Part shown: positions 41,050-41,255 of the stretch, one piece after another
How the letters are laid out: every line of letters begins with the position of its first letter
How positions within the stretch are numbered: the stretch's first letter is position 1
Source of the DNA: a virus
Virus record (IMG/VR): IMGVR_UViG_3300008255_000048
DNA length: 41,255 bases
Direction: 5' to 3' (one strand)
Program-made: the position numbers and the translations under genes
The notes under the pieces: model-generated
Told to the model about the DNA's origin: nothing
What the model saw: the letters and a program-made list of their open reading frames with translations, nothing else
The model's database searches: none

Positions 41050-41255
41050 ATGCCCCCCGGAGATAACACCCGCAAGACAACAGACGAGCAGATCATTGAT
41101 TCGCTCCGGCGTCATAACGGCAATGTTTCCGCCTCATCCCGTGAGTTAGGGATATCCCGCCAAGCCATAAGGAGCAGACGCGCCCGCCTGATTGCGCGGG
41201 GCGTGGACCTGCCCAAGCCTGTCAATAAATTACTTGGCGAGTTCGAGCCGGACAG
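41050..41255 (+). CDS. 5' portion of the junction-spanning HTH DNA-binding protein (continues at 124..235 after circularisation)
   Basis: ATG 41050 follows aaggga. It reads MPPGDNTRKTTDEQIIDSLRRHNGNVSASSRELGISRQAIRSRRARL..., and the frame runs off the window end into the terminal repeat. Confidence 0.6.
   Translation, partial: MPPGDNTRKTTDEQIIDSLRRHNGNVSASSRELGISRQAIRSRRARLIARGVDLPKPVNKLLGEFEPD
41133..41255. repeat. Direct terminal repeat, copy 2 (identical to 1..123)
   Basis: Exact 123-nt identity with the window start. Confidence 0.9.

Overview
The window is an essentially complete tailed-phage genome of about 41.13 kb. Bases 1-123 are identical to 41133-41255, and an ORF reads straight across that junction. 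This fits a circular or circularly permuted genome that was linearised by assembly.

Layout:
- (i) A leftward early operon (7231 down to 2051, minus strand) has almost every gene translationally coupled. It encodes a pentapeptide-repeat protein, a Rad52-type annealase, an SSB-tail protein, NinB and DUF4326.
- (ii) A rightward early/middle operon (7368-15438) encodes a Cro-like HTH, two GcrA-like proteins, a truncated N6/N4 methyltransferase remnant, RusA, DnaB, a replication-organiser HTH protein and a C5-cytosine methyltransferase.
- (iii) A small two-gene operon in reverse orientation (15993-16360) includes an XRE-type HTH protein.
- (iv) A late operon (16457-40882) runs TerS, TerL, podovirus-type portal, Bbp19-like protein, scaffold, major capsid, Bbp16-like cement protein, T7 gp11/gp12-like tail tube proteins, four internal-virion/ejection proteins (one of 1944 aa), a 1367-aa tail fibre, then a lysis cassette (holin candidates, M15 peptidase endolysin, i-/o-spanin).
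- (v) An HTH gene spans the junction and is followed by a metallophosphoesterase gene.

The GcrA homologs point to an alphaproteobacterial host. I found no integrase, CI-type repressor, partition genes, tRNA, CRISPR array or reverse transcriptase.

Observations most worth a second look:
- An HNH endonuclease ORF sits inside the C5-methyltransferase gene in a different frame, while the methyltransferase frame stays stop-free across the roughly 666-bp insert.
- A GcrA paralog consists of the C-terminal domain only, and lies next to a decayed methyltransferase.
- An intact IS1595-family element with an 8-bp target duplication sits in the phage genome.
- A pentapeptide-repeat gene is built from 27 near-identical 15-bp units.
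- A reverse-oriented HTH operon has its own promoter-like and operator-like sequence.

All calls come from reading the sequence and recalling family motifs. No database searches were run.
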